The notes under the pieces: generated by a model
What the model was told of the DNA's origin: nothing
Database searches by the model: none
Seen by the model: the letters and a program-made list of their open reading frames with translations, nothing else
Program-made: the position numbers and the translations under genes
In this document: positions 29,201 through 42,689 of the stretch, piece after piece
Numbering within the stretch: the first letter of the stretch is position 1
Layout: the number at the start of each line of letters is the position of its first letter
Assembly: GCA_963693365.1 (NCBI GenBank)
Contig: CAVNZM010000001.1
Coordinates: forward strand, 14,618,418 to 14,682,417
Source: Amoebidium appalachense
Taxonomy: Eukaryota; Protista; Ichthyosporea
Direction of reading: 5' to 3'
DNA length: 64,000 nt

Positions 29201-32200
29201 CTGACATCCCCCTTGATATTGCCCGAAGGCAGCTTGGCATCCAGGTTTACGTCACCCTTGCCGCCAGCAGCTTTGATGCCAAGGCCGGCAGCCAGGGCCC
29301 CGCCGAGCCCGGCAGCAGCAAGCTTCAGGCCGTCACCGCTGCCATCAGCACTGGGCAGCTTGACATTGCCAGACACACTGGGCAGGTCGACGTCACCAGA
29401 CAGGGCGGGAAGCTTGGCATCCCCAGACAGAGAGGGCAGTTTGACGTCACCATCCACACCGGGCAGTTTGACGTCCCCGGACAGAGACGGTAGCTTGGCA
29501 TCACCATCTACACCGGGCAGTTTGACGTCGCCAGACAAGCCGGGAAGCTTGGCATCCCCAGACAGAGAGGGGAGCTTGACGTCACCATCCACACCGGGCA
29601 GTTTGACGTCGCCAGACAGAGACGGTAGCTTGGCATCTCCAGACAAAGACGGCAGTTTGACGTCACCAGACAGGCCGGGAAGCTTGGCATCCCCAGACAG
29701 AGAGGGGAGCTTGACGTCACCATCCACACCGGGCAGGTTGAAGTCGCCAGACAGAGACGGTAGCTTGGCATCTCCAGACAAAGACGGCAGCTTGACGTCA
29801 CCAGACACGGAAGGCAGGCTGACACCCCCCTTGATGTTGCCCGAAGGCAGCTTGGCATCCAGGTCTACGTCACCCTTGCCGCCAGCAGCTTTGATGCCAA
29901 GGCCGGCAGCCAGGGCCCCGCCTAGCCCGGCAGCAGCAAGCTTCAGGCCGTCACCGCTGCCCTCAGCACTGGGCAGCTTGACATTGCCAGACACACTGGG
30001 CAGGTCGACGTCACCAGACAGGCCGGGAAGCTTGGCATCCCCAGACAGAGAGGGCAGTTTGACGTCACCATCCACACCGGGCAGTTTGATGTCCCCGGAC
30101 AGAGACGGTAGCTTGGCATCACCATCTACACCGGGCAGTTTGACGTCGCCAGACAGGCCGGGAAGCTTGGCATCCCCAAACAGAGAGGGGAGCTTGACGT
30201 CACCATCCACACCGGGCAGTTTGACGTCGCCAGACAGAGACGGTAGCTTGGCATCTCCAGACAAAGACGGCAGTTTGACGTCACCAGACAGGCCGGGAAG
30301 CTTGGCATCCCCAGACACAGAGGGGAGCTTGCCGTCACCATCCACACCGGGCAGTTTAACGTCCCCGGACAGAGACGGTATCTTGGCAGCACCGTCTACA
30401 CCGGGCAGTTTGACGTCGCCAGACAGGCCGGGAAGCTTGGCATCCCCAGACAGAGAGGGGAGCTTGACGTCACCATCCACACCGGGCAGTTTGACGTCCC
30501 CGGACAGAGACGGTAGCTTGGCATCACCATCTACACCAGGCAGTTTGACGTCGCCAGACAGAGACGGTAGCTTGGCATCTCCAGACAAAGACGGGAGCTT
30601 GACGTCACCAGACACGGACGGCAGGCTGACATCCCCCTTGATGTTGCCCGAAGGCAGCTTGGCATCCAGGTCTACGTCACCCTTGCCGCCAGCAGCTTTG
30701 ATGCCAAGGCCGGCAGCCAGGGCCCCGCCTAGCCCGGCAGCAGCAAGCTTCAGGCCGTCACCGCTGCCCTCAGCACTGGGCAGCTTGACATTGCCAGACA
30801 CACTGGGCAGGTCGACGTCACCAGACAGGCCGGGAAGCTTGGCATCCCCAGACAGAGAGGGCAGTTTGACGTCACCATCCACACCGGGCAGTTTGACGTC
30901 CCCGGACAGAGACGGTAGCTTGGCATCACCATCTACACCGGGCAGTTTGACGTCGCCAGACAGGCCGGGAAGCTTGGCATCCCCAGACAGAGAGGGGAGC
31001 TTGACGTCACCATCCACACCGGGCAGTTTGACGTCGCCAGACAGAGACGGTAGCTTGGCATCTCCAGACAAAGACGGCAGTTTGACGTCACCAGACAGGC
31101 CGGGAAGCTTGGCATCCCCAGACAGAGAGGGAGCTTGACGTCACCATCCACACCGGGCAGGTTGAAGTCGCCAGACAGAGACGGTAGTTTGGCATCTCCA
31201 GACAAAGACGGCAGTTTGACGTCACCAGACAGGCCGGGAAGTTTGGCATCCCCAGACAGAGAGGGGAGCTTGCCGTCACCATCCACACCGGGCAGTTTGA
31301 CGTCCCCGGACAGAGACGGTATCTTGGCAGCACCGTCTACACCGGGCAGTTTGACGTCGCCAGACAGGCCGGGAAGCTTGGCATCCCCAGAAAGAGAGGG
31401 GAGCTTGACGTCACCGTCTACACCGGGCAGTTTGACGTCGCCAGACAGGCCGGGAAGCTTGGCATCCCCAGACAGAGAGGGGAGCTTGACGTCACCATCC
31501 ACACCGGGCAGTTTGACGTCCCCAGACAGAGACGGTAGCTTGGCATCACCATCTACACCAGGCAGTTTGACGTCGCCAGACAGAGACGGTAGCTTGGCAT
31601 CTCCAGACAAAGACGGCAGCTTGACGTCACCAGACACGGAAGGCAGGCTGACATCCCCCTTGATGTTGCCCGAAGGCAGCTTGACATCCAGGTCTACGTC
31701 ACCCTTGCTGCCAGCAGCTTTGATGCCAAGGCCGGCAGCCAGGGCCCCGCCTAGCCCGGCAGCAGCAAGCTTCAGGCCGTCACCGCTGCCCTCAGCACTG
31801 GGCAGCTTGACATTGCCAGACACACTGGGCAGGTCGACGTCACCAGACAGGCCGGGAAGCTTGGCATCCCCAGACAGAGAGGGCAGTTTGACGTCACCAT
31901 CCACACCGGGCAGTTTGATGTCCCCGGATAGAGACGGTAGCTTGGCATCACCATCTACACCGGGCAGTTTGACGTCGCCAGACAGGCCGGGAAGCTTGGC
32001 ATCCCCAGACAGAGAGGGGAGCTTGACGTCAACATCCACACCGGGCAGTTTGACGTCGCCAGACAGAGACGGTAGCTTGGCATCTCCAGACAAAGACGGC
32101 AGTTTGACGTCACCAGACAGGCCGGGAAGCTTGGCATCCCCAGACAGAGAGGGGAGCTTGACGTCACCATCCACACCGGGCAGGTTGAAGTCGCCAGACA

Positions 32201-35200
32201 GAGACGGTAGTTTGGCATCTCCAGACAAAGACGGCAGTTTGACGTCACCAGACAGGCCGGGAAGTTTGGCATCCCCAGACAGAGAGGGGAGCTTGACGTC
32301 ACCATCCACACCGGGCAGTTTGACGTCCCCGGACAGAGACGGTATCTTGGCAGCACCGTCTACACCGGGCAGTTTGACGTCGCCAGACAGGCCGGGAAGC
32401 TTGGCATCCCCAGAAAGAGAGGGGAGCTTGACGTCACCGTCTACACCGGGCAGTTTGACGTCGCCAGACAGGCCGGGAAGCTTGGCATCCCCAGACAGAG
32501 AGGGGAGCTTGACGTCACCATCCACACCGGGCAGTTTGACGTCCCCAGACAGAGACGGTAGCTTGGCATCACCATCTACACCAGGCAGTTTGACGTCGCC
32601 AGACAGAGACGGTAGCTTGGCATCTCCAGACAAAGACGGCAGCTTGACGTCACCAGACACGGAAGGCAGGCTGACATCCCCCTTGATGTTGCCCGAAGGC
32701 AGCTTGACATCCAGGTCTACGTCACCCTTGCCGCCAGCAGCTTTGATGCCAAGGCCGGCAGCCAGGGCCCCGCCTAGCCCGGCAGCAGCAAGCTTCAGGC
32801 CGTCACCGCTGCCATCAGCACTGGGCAGCTTGACATTGCCAGACACACTGGGCAGGTCGACGTCACCAGACAGGCCGGGAAGCTTGGCATCCCCAGACAG
32901 AGAGGGCAGTTTGAAGTCACCATCTACACCGGGCAGTTTGACGTCCCCGGACAGAGACGGTAGCTTGGCATCACCATCTACACCGGGCAGTTTGACGTCG
33001 CCAGACAGGCCGGGAAGCTTGGCATCCCCAGACAGAGAGGGGAGCTTGACGTCACCATCCACACCGGGCAGTTTGACGTCGCCAGACAGAGACGGTAGCT
33101 TGGCATCTCCAGACAAAGACGGCAGTTTGACGTCACCAGACAGGCTGGGAAGCTTGGCATCCCCAGACAGAGAGGGGAGCTTGCCGCCACCATCCACACC
33201 GGGCAGTTTGACGTCCCCGGACAAAGACGGTATCTTGGCAGCACCGTCTACACCGGGCAGTTTGACGTCGCCAGACAGGCCGGGAAGCTTGGCATCTCCA
33301 GAAAGAGAGGGGAGCTTGACGTCACCGTCTACACCGGGCAGTTTGACGTCGCCAGACAGGCCGGGAAGCTTGGCATCCCCAGACAGAGAGGGGAGCTTGA
33401 CGTCACCATCCACACCGGGCAGTCTGACGTCCCCGGACAGAGACGGTAGCTTGGCATCACCATCTACACCAGGCAGTTTGACGTCGCCAGACAGAGACGG
33501 TAGCTTGGCATCTCCAGACAAAGACGGCAGCTTGACGTCACCAGACACGGAAGGCAGGCTGACACCCCCCTTGATGTTGCCCGAAGGCAGCTTGGCATCC
33601 AGGTCTACGTCACCCTTGCCGCCAGCAGCTTTGATGCCAAGGCCGGCAGCCAGGGCCCCGCCTAGCCCGGCAGCAGCAAGCTTCAGGCCGTCACCGCTGC
33701 CCTCAGCACTGGGCACCTTGACATTGCCTGACACAGTGGGCAGGTCGACGTCACCAGACAGGCCGGGAAGCTTGGCATCCCCAGACAGAGAGGGCAGTTT
33801 GACGTCACCATCCACACCGGGAAGTTTGACGTCCCCGGACAGAGACGGTAGCTTGGCATCACCATCTACACCGGGCAGTTTGACGTCGCCAGACAGGCCG
33901 GGAAGCTTGGCATCCCCAGACAGAGAGGGGAGCTTGACGTCACCATCCACACCGGGCAGTTTGACGTCCCCGGACAGAGACGGTATCTTGGCAGCACCGT
34001 CTACACCGGGCAGTTTGACGTCGCCAGACAGGCCGGGAAGCTTGGCATCCCCAGAAAGAGAGGGGAGCTTGACGTCACCGTCTACACCGGGCAGTTTGAC
34101 GTCGCCAGACAGGCCGGGAAGCTTGGCATCCCCAGACAGAGAGGGGAGCTTGACGTCACCATCCACACCGGGCAGTTTGACGTCCCCGGACAGAGACGGT
34201 AGCTTGGCATCACCATCTACACCAGGCAGTTTGACGTCGCCAGACAGAGACGGTAGCTTGGCATCTCCAGACAAAGACTGCAGCTTGACGTCACCAGACA
34301 CGGAAGGCAGGCTGACACCCCCCTTGATGTTGCCCGAAGGCAGCTTGGCATCCAGGTCTACGTCACCCTTGCCGCCAGCAGCTTTGATGCCAAGGCCGGC
34401 AGCCAGGGCCCCGCCTAGCCCGGCAGCAGCAAGCTTCAGGCCGTCACCGCTGCCCTCAGCACTGGGCAGCTTGACATTGCCAGACACACTGGGCAGGTCG
34501 ACGTCACCAGACAGGCCGGGAAGCTTGGCATCCCCAGACAGAGAGGGCAGTTTGACGTCACCATCCACACCGGGCAGTTTGACGTCGCCAGACAGAGACG
34601 GTAGCTTGGCATCTCCAGACAAAAACGGCAGTTTGACGTCACCAGACAGGCCGGGAAGCTTGGCATCCCCAGACAGAGAGGGGACCTTGCCGTCACCATC
34701 CACACCGGGCAGTTTGACGTCCCCGGACAGAGACGGTAGCTTGGCATCACCATCTACACCAGGCAGTCTGACGTCGCCAGACAGAGACGGTAGCTTGGCA
34801 TCTCCAGACAAAGACGGCAGCTTGACGTCACCAGACACGGAAGGCCGGCTGACACCCCCCTTGATGTTGCCCGAAGGCAGCTTGGCATCCAGGTCTACGT
34901 CACCCTTGCCGCCAGCAGCTTTGATGCCAAGGCCGGCAGCCAGGGCCCCGCCTAGCCCGGCAGCAGCAAGCTTCAGGCCGTCACCGCTGCCCTCAGCACT
35001 GGGCAGCTTGACATTGCCAGACACACTGGGCAGGTCGACGTCACCAGACAGGCCGGGAAGCTTGGCATCCCCAGACAGAGAGGGCAGTTTGACGTCACCA
35101 TCCACACCGGGAAGTTTGACGTCCCCGGACAGAGACGGTAGCTTGGCATCACCATCTACACCGGGCAGTTTGACGTCGCCAGACAGGCCGGGAAGCTTGG

Positions 35201-38200
35201 CATCCCCAGACAGAGAGGGGAGCTTGACGTCACCATCCACACCGGGCAGTTTGACGTCGCCAGACAGAGACGGTAGCTTGGCATCTCCAGACAAAGACGG
35301 CAGTTTGACGTCACCAGACAGGCCGGGAAGCTTGGCATCCCCAGACAGAGAGGGGAGCTTGACGTCACCATCCACACCGGGCAGTTTGACGTCCCCGGAC
35401 AGAGACGGTATCTTGGCAGTACCGTCTACACCGGGCAGTTTGACGTTGCCAGACAGGCCGGGAAGCTTGGCATCCCCAGAAAGAGAGGGGAGCTTGACGT
35501 CACCGTCTACACCGGGCAGTTTGACGTCGCCAGACAGGCCGGGAAGCTTGGCGTCCCCAGACAGAGAGGGGAGCTTGACGTCACCATCCACACCGGGCAG
35601 TTTGACGTCCCCGGACAGAGACGGTAGCTTGGCATCACCATCTACACCAGGCAGTTTGACGTCGCCAGACAGAGACGGTAGCTTGGCATCTCCAGACAAA
35701 GACGGCAGCTTGACGTCACCAGACACGGAAGGCAGGCTGACACCCCCCTTGATGTTGCCCGAAGGCAGCTTGGCATCCAGGTCTACGTCACCCTTGCCGC
35801 CAGCAGCTTTGATGCCAAGGCCGGCAGCCAGGGCCCCGCCTAGCCCGGCAGCAGCAAGCTTCAGGCCGTCACCGCTGCCCTCAGCACTGGGCAGCTTGAC
35901 ATTGCCAGACACACTGGGCAGGTCGACGTCACCAGACAGGCCGGGAAGCTTGGCATCCCCAGACAGAGAGGGCAGTTTGACGTCACCATCCACACCGGGC
36001 AGTTTGACGTCGCCAGACAGAGACGGTAGCTTGGCATCTCCAGACAAAAACGGCAGTTTGACGTCACCAGACAGGCCGGGAAGCTTGGCATCCCCAGACA
36101 GAGAGGGGACCTTGCCGTCACCATCCACACCGGGCAGTTTGACGTCCCCGGACAGAGACGGTAGCTTGGCATCACCATCTACACCAGGCAGTCTGACGTC
36201 GCCAGACAGAGACGGTAGCTTGGCATCTCCAGACAAAGACGGCAGCTTGACGTCACCAGACACGGAAGGCAGGCTGACACCCCCCTTGATGTTGCCCGAA
36301 GGCAGCTTGGCATCCAGGTCTACGTCACCCTTGCCGCCAGCAGCTTTGATGCCAAGGCCGGCAGCCAGGGCCCCGCCTAGCCCGGCAGCAGCAAGCTTCA
36401 GGCCGTCGCCGCTGCCCTCAGCACTGGGCAGCTTGACATTGCCAGACACACTGGGCAGGTCGACGTCACCAGACAGGCCGGGAAGCTTGGCATCCCCAGA
36501 CAGAGAGGGCAGTTTGACGTCACCATCCACACCGGGCAGTTTGACGTCCCCGGACAGAGACGGTAGCTTGGCATCACCATCTACACCGGGCAGTTTGACG
36601 TCGCCAGACAGGCCGGGAAGCTTGGCATCCCCAGACAGAGAGGGGAGCTTGACGTCACCGTCTACACCGGGCAGTTTGACGTCGCCAGACAGGCCGGGAA
36701 GCTTGGCATCCCCAGACAGAGAGGGGAGCTTCAGGTCACGATCCACACCGGGCAGTTTGACGTCCCCGGACAGAGACGGTAGCTTGGCATCTCCAGACAA
36801 AGACGGCAGCTTGACGTCACCAGACACGGAAGGCAGGCTGACACCCCCCTTGATGTTGCCCGAAGGCAGCTTGGCATCCAGGTCTACGTCACCCTTGCCG
36901 CCAGCAGCTTTGATGCCAAGGCCGGCAGCCAGGGCACCGCCTAGCCCGGCAGCAGCAAGCTTCAGGCCGTCACCGCTGCCCTCAGCACTGGGAAGCTTGA
37001 CATTGCCAGACACACTGGGCAGGTCGACGTCACCAGACAGGCCGGGAAGCTTGGCATCCCCAGACAGAGAGGGCAGTTTGACGTCACCATCCACACCGGG
37101 CAGTTTGCCGTCCCCGGACAGAGACGGTAGCTTGGCATCACCATCTACACCGGGCAGTTTGACGTTGCCAGACAGGCCGGGAAGCTTGGCATCCCCAGAC
37201 AGAGAGGGGAGCTTGACGTCACCATCCACACCGGGCAGTTTGACGTCGCCAGACAGAGACGGTAGCTTGGCATCTCCAGACAAAGACGGCAGTTTGACGT
37301 CACCAGACAAGCCGGGAAGCTTGGCATCCCCAGACAGAGAGGGGAGCTTGCCGTCACCATCCACACCGGGCAGTTTGACGTCCCCGGACAGAGACGGTAT
37401 CTTGGCAGTACCGTCTACACCGGGCAGTTTGACGTCGCCAGACAGGCCGGGAAGCTTGGCATCCCCAGAAAGAGAGGGGAGCTTGAAGTCACTGTCTACA
37501 CCGGGGAGGTTGACGTCGCCAGACAGGCCGGGAAGCTTGGCATCCCCAGACAGAGAGGGCAGTTTGACGTCACCATCCACACCGGGCAGTTTGACGTCCC
37601 CGGACAGAGACGGTAGCTTGGCATCACCATCTACACCGGGCAGTTTGACGTCGCCAGACAAGCCGGGAAGCTTGGCATCCCCAGACAGAGAGGGGAGCTT
37701 GACGTCACCATCCACACCGGGCAGTTTGACGTCGCCAGACAGAGACGGTAGCTTGGCATCTCCAGACAAAGACGGCAGTTTGACGTCACCAGACAGGCCG
37801 GGAAGCTTGGCATCCCCAGACAGAGAGGGGAGCTTGACGTCACCATCCACAACGGGCAGGTTGAAGTCGCCAGACAGAGACGGTAGTTTGGCATCTCCAG
37901 ACAAAGACGGCAGTTTGACGTCACCAGACAGGCCGGGAAGCTTGGCATCCCCAGACAGAGAGGGGAGCTTGCCGTCACCATCCACACCGGGCAGTTTGAC
38001 GTCCCCGGACAGAGACGGTATCTTGGCAGCACCGTCTACACCGGGCAGTTTGACGTCGCCAGACAGGCCGGGAAGCTTGGCATCCCCAGACAGAGAGGGG
38101 AGCTTGACGTCACCATCCACACCGGGAAGCTTGGCATCCCCAGACAGAGAGGGGAGCTTGACGTCACCATCCACACCGGGCAGTTTGACGTCCCCGGACA

Positions 38201-41200
38201 GAGACGGTAGCTTGGCATCACCATCTACACCAGGCAGTTTGACGTCGCCAGACAGAGACGGTAGCTTGGCGTCTCCAGACAAAGACGGGAGCTTGACGTC
38301 ACCAGACACGGACGGCAGGCTGACATCCCCCTTGATGTTGCCCGAAGGCAGCTTGGCATCCAGGTCTACGTCACCCTTGCCGCCAGCAGCTTTGATGCCA
38401 AGGCCGGCAGCCAGGGCCCCGCCTAGCCCGGCAGCAGCAAGCTTCAGGCCGTCACCGCTGCCCTCAGCACTGGGCAGCTTGACATTGCCAGACACACTGG
38501 GCAGGTCGACGTCACCAGACAGGCCGGGAAGCTTGGCATCCCCAGACAGAGAGGGCAGTTTGACGTCACCATCCACACCGGGCAGTTTGACGTCCCCGGA
38601 CAGAGACGGTAGCTTGGCATCACCATCTACACCGGGCAGTTTGACGTCGCCAGACAGGCCGGGAAGCTTGGCATCCCCAGACAGAGAGGGGAGCTTGACG
38701 TCACCATCCACACCGGGCAGTTTGACGTCGCCAGACAGAGACGGTAGCTTGGCATCTCCAGACAAAGACGGCAGTTTGACGTCACCAGACAGGCCGGGAA
38801 GCTTGGCATCCCCAGACAGAGAGGGGAGCTTGACGTCACCATCCACACCGGGCAGGTTGAAGTCGCCAGACAGAGACGGTAGTTTGGCATCTCCAGACAA
38901 AGACGGCAGTTTGACGTCACCAGACAGGCCGGGAAGCTTGGCATCCCCAGACAGAGAGGGGAGCTTGCCGTCACCATCCACACCGGGCAGTTTGACGTCC
39001 CCGGACAGAGACGGTATCTTGGCAGTACCGTCTACACCGGGCAGTTTGACGTCGCCAGACAGGCCGGGAAGCTTGGCATCCCCAGAAAGAGAGGGGAGCT
39101 TGAAGTCACTGTCTACACCGGGCAGTTTGACGTCGCCAGACAGGCCGGGAAGCTTGGCATCCCCAGACAGAGAGGGGAGCTTGACGTCACCATCCACACC
39201 GGGCAGTTTGACGTCCCCGGACAGAGACGGTAGCTTGGCATCACCATCTACACCAGGCAGTTTGACGTCGCCAGACAGAGACGGTAGCTTGGCATCTCCA
39301 GACAAAGACGGGAGCTTGACGTCACCAGACACGGACGGCAGGCTGACATCCCCCTTTATGTTGCCCGAAGGCAGCTTGGCATCCAGGTCTACGTCACCCT
39401 TGCCGCCAGCAGCTTTGATGCCAAGGCCGGCAGCCAGGGCCCCGCCTAGCCCGGCAGCAGCAAGCTTCAGGCCGTCACCGCTGCCCTCAGCACTGGGCAG
39501 CTTGACATTGCCAGACACACTGGGCAGGTCGACGTCACCAGACAGGCCGGGAAGCTTGGCATCCCCAGACAGAGAGGGCAGTTTGACGTCACCATCCACA
39601 CCGGGCAGTTTGACGTCGCCAGACAGAGACGGTAGCTTGGCATTACCATCTACACCGGGCAGTTTGACGTCGCCAGACAGGCCGGGAAGCTTGGCATCCC
39701 CAGACAGAGAGGGGAGCTTGACGTCACCATCCACACCGGGCAGTTTGACGTCGCCAGACAGAGACGGTAGCTTGGCATCTCCAGACAAAGACGGCAGTTT
39801 GACGTCACCAGACAGGCCGGGAAGCTTGGCATCCCCAGACAGAGAGGGGAGCTTGACGTCACCATCCACACCGGGCAGGTTGAAGTCGCCAGACAGAGAC
39901 GGTAGTTTGGCATCTCCAGACAAAGACGGCAGTTTGACGTCACCAGACAGGCCGGGAAGCTTGGCATCCCCAGACAGAGAGGGGAGCTTGCCGTCACCAT
40001 CCACACCGGGCAGTTTGACGTCCCCGGACAGAGACGGTATCTTGGCAGTACCGTCTACACCGGGCAGTTTGACGTCGCCAGACAGGCCGGGAAGCTTGGC
40101 ATCCCCAGAAAGAGAGGGGAGCTTGAAGTCACTGTCTACACCGGGGAGTTTGACGTCGCCAGACAGGCCGGGAAGCTTGGCATCCCCAGACAGAGAGGGG
40201 AGCTTGACGTCACCATCCACACCGGGCAGTTTGACGTCCCCGGACAGAGACGGTAGCTTGGCATCACCATCTACACCAGGCAGTTTGACGTCGCCAGACA
40301 GAGACGGTAGCTTGGCATCTCCAGACAAAGACGGGAGCTTGACGTCACCAGACACGGACGGCAGGCTGACATCCCCCTTTATGTTGCCCGAAGGCAGCTT
40401 GGCATCCAGGTCTACGTCACCCTTGCCGCCAGCAGCTTTGATGCCAAGGCCGGCAGCCAGGGCCCCGCCTAGCCCGGCAGCAGCAAGCTTCAGGCCGTCA
40501 CCGCTGCCCTCAGCACTGGGCAGCTTGACATTGCCAGACACACTGGGCAGGTCGACGTCACCAGACAGGCCGGGAAGCTTGGCATCCCCAGACAGAGAGG
40601 GCAGTTTGACGTCACCATCCACACCGGGCAGTTTGACGTCGCCAGACAGAGACGGTAGCTTGGCATTACCATCTACACCGGGCAGTTTGACGTCGCCAGA
40701 CAGGCCGGGAAGCTTGGCATCCCCAGACAGAGAGGGGAGCTTGACGTCACCATCCACACCGGGCAGTTTGACGTCGCCAGACAGAGACGGTAGCTTGGCA
40801 TCTCCAGACAAAGACGGCAGTTTGACGTCACCAGACAGGCCGGGAAGCTTGGCATCCCCAGAAAGAGAGGGGAGCTTGACGTCACTGTCTACACCGGGCA
40901 GTTTGACGTCGCCAGACAGGCCGGGAAGCTTGGCATCCCCAGACAGAGAGGGGAGCTTGACGTCACCATCCACACCGGGCAGTTTGACGTCCCCGGACAG
41001 AGACGGTAGCTTGGCAGCTCCATCTACACCAGGCAGTTTGACGTCGCCAGACAGAGACGGTAGCTTGGCATCTCCAGACGAAGACGGCAGCTTGACGTTA
41101 CCAGACACGGACGGCAGGCTGACACCCCCCTTGATGTTGCCCGAAGGCAGCTTGGCATCCAGGTCTACATCACCCTTGCCGCCAGCAGCTTTGATGCCAA

Positions 41201-42689
41201 CGCCGGCAGCCAGGGCCCCGCCTAGCCCGGCAGCAGCAAGCTTCAGGCCGTCACCGCTGCCCTCAGCACTGGGCAGCTTGACATTGCCAGACACACTGGG
41301 CAGGTCGACGTCACCAGACAGGCCGGGAAGCTTGGCATCCCCAGACAGAGAGGGCAGCTTGACGTCACCATCCACACCGGGCAGTTTGACGTCCCCGGAC
41401 AGAGACGGTAGCTTGGCATCACCATCTACACCGGGCAATTTGACGTTGCCAGACAGGACGGGAAGCTTGGCATCTCCAGACAGAGAGGGGAGCTTGACGT
41501 CACCATCCACACCGGGCAGTTTGACGTCCCCGGACAGAGACGGTAGCTTGGCATCACCATCTACACCGGGCAGTTTCACATCGCCAGACAGAGAATGTAG
41601 CTTGGCATCTCCAGACAAAGACGGGAGCTTGACGTCACCAGACACGGACGGCAGGCTGACATCCCCCTTGATGTTGCCGGAAGGCAGCTTGGGATCCAGG
41701 TCTACGCCACCCTTGCCGCCAGCAGCTTTGATGCCAACGCCGGCAGCCAGGGCCCCGCCTAGCCCGGCAGCAGCAAGCTTCAGGCCGTCATCGCTGCCCT
41801 CAGCACTGGGCAGCTTGACTTTGCCAGACAGGGCGGGAAGCTTGGTGTCCCCAGACAGAGAGGGCAGCTTCACGTCACCATCCACACCAGGCAGGTTGAC
41901 GTCCCCGGACAGAGACGGTAGCTTGGCATCACCATCTACACTGGGCAGTTTGACGTCGCCAGACACAGGCAGGCTGACATCCCCCTTGATGTCGCCCGAA
42001 GGCAGCTTGGCATCCAGATCAAGGCCACCCTCTCCACCAGCAGCTTTGATGCCCAGGCCTGCAGCGAGGGCCCCGCCTAGGCCGGGAGCTGCAAGTTTGG
42101 GACCTTTTGCGCCGAGGCTACCACTAGCACCCTCTGGTGCCTCTATGGTGGCTTTTGGTGACGTGCCAACTGCTGCAAATGGTTTAAGCTTGATGTCGCC
42201 TGGAGTTGGTAGTTGGATTTTTCCGGCTGTTGCATCGAAGTCAATGTTAAGCTTCGGATCGAAGGCCCCTTGATGCTTTGTTGACCCTTCTGGTAATGAT
42301 GGTCCACTGACATCGATTTGAGCACGATTTACACCGATTGCCACGGGCTCGTTTGGCCCGCCTGGCAATACGGCAATTTTGGCTGGGTCAACATCAATTC
42401 TCCCGGTACTGATTTTGATGTCTGATGGCTCTGGCCCCTCATGAGACAACTTTGCATCACCACCAGTTACATTCACTCCAGCCGCGAGCTCAGGCCCCTT
42501 TGAGTCACGACGAGATTTGTCTTTATCGGCCGCCAACTTGGCTGCGCCGGCACTGACAGCAAGTGTTGCCCCCACTGCTGCCGCTGCCGCCGTCGCGCCC
42601 GTTGTTGGCTCTGGTGCTGCCCCGCCTACTGCCCCTGCAGAAACACCAACACTGGCTGGCCGTACGGTGCCTGCAACAGCCCCCTGCAT
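17203..42689 (-). CDS. Giant (~8,490 aa) AHNAK-like Gly/Ser/Asp/Leu/Pro/Lys tandem-repeat protein; one frameshift at ~31130
   Basis: ORFs 30933-42764 and 17203-31071 encode the same repeats and join if one base is restored at 31129-31131. Unique ~200-aa N-terminal and ~490-aa C-terminal regions. Start is ATG 42689 or splice acceptor CAG|GGG at 42683. Confidence 0.85.
18680..42100 (-). repeat. Coding minisatellite: 27-nt units (GD[VA]KLP[SG][LV][SD]) punctuated by ~31 copies of an Ala/Gly-rich linker
   Basis: Linker GSGDGLKLAAAGLGGALAAGLGIKAAGGKGDVDLDAKLPSGNIKG recurs with spacings such as 537, 618, 807, 888 and 1023 nt, which differ by multiples of 27. Confidence 0.95.

Noticed and set aside
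18843-41425. Many short Cys-rich minus-strand ORFs (MVMPSYRLCPG..)
   Set aside because: Alternative-frame translations of the same 27-nt repeat.
18680-42100. CRISPR-like reading of the repeat array
   Set aside because: No unique spacers, units are in-frame multiples of 27 nt, and the context is eukaryotic with no cas genes.
18497-42273. Plus-strand ORFs of 4213 and 3712 aa (GSLTSPDR repeats)
   Set aside because: Antisense shadows of the repeat. The minus frame extends through unique N- and C-terminal regions, whereas the plus frames stop at or near the array edges.
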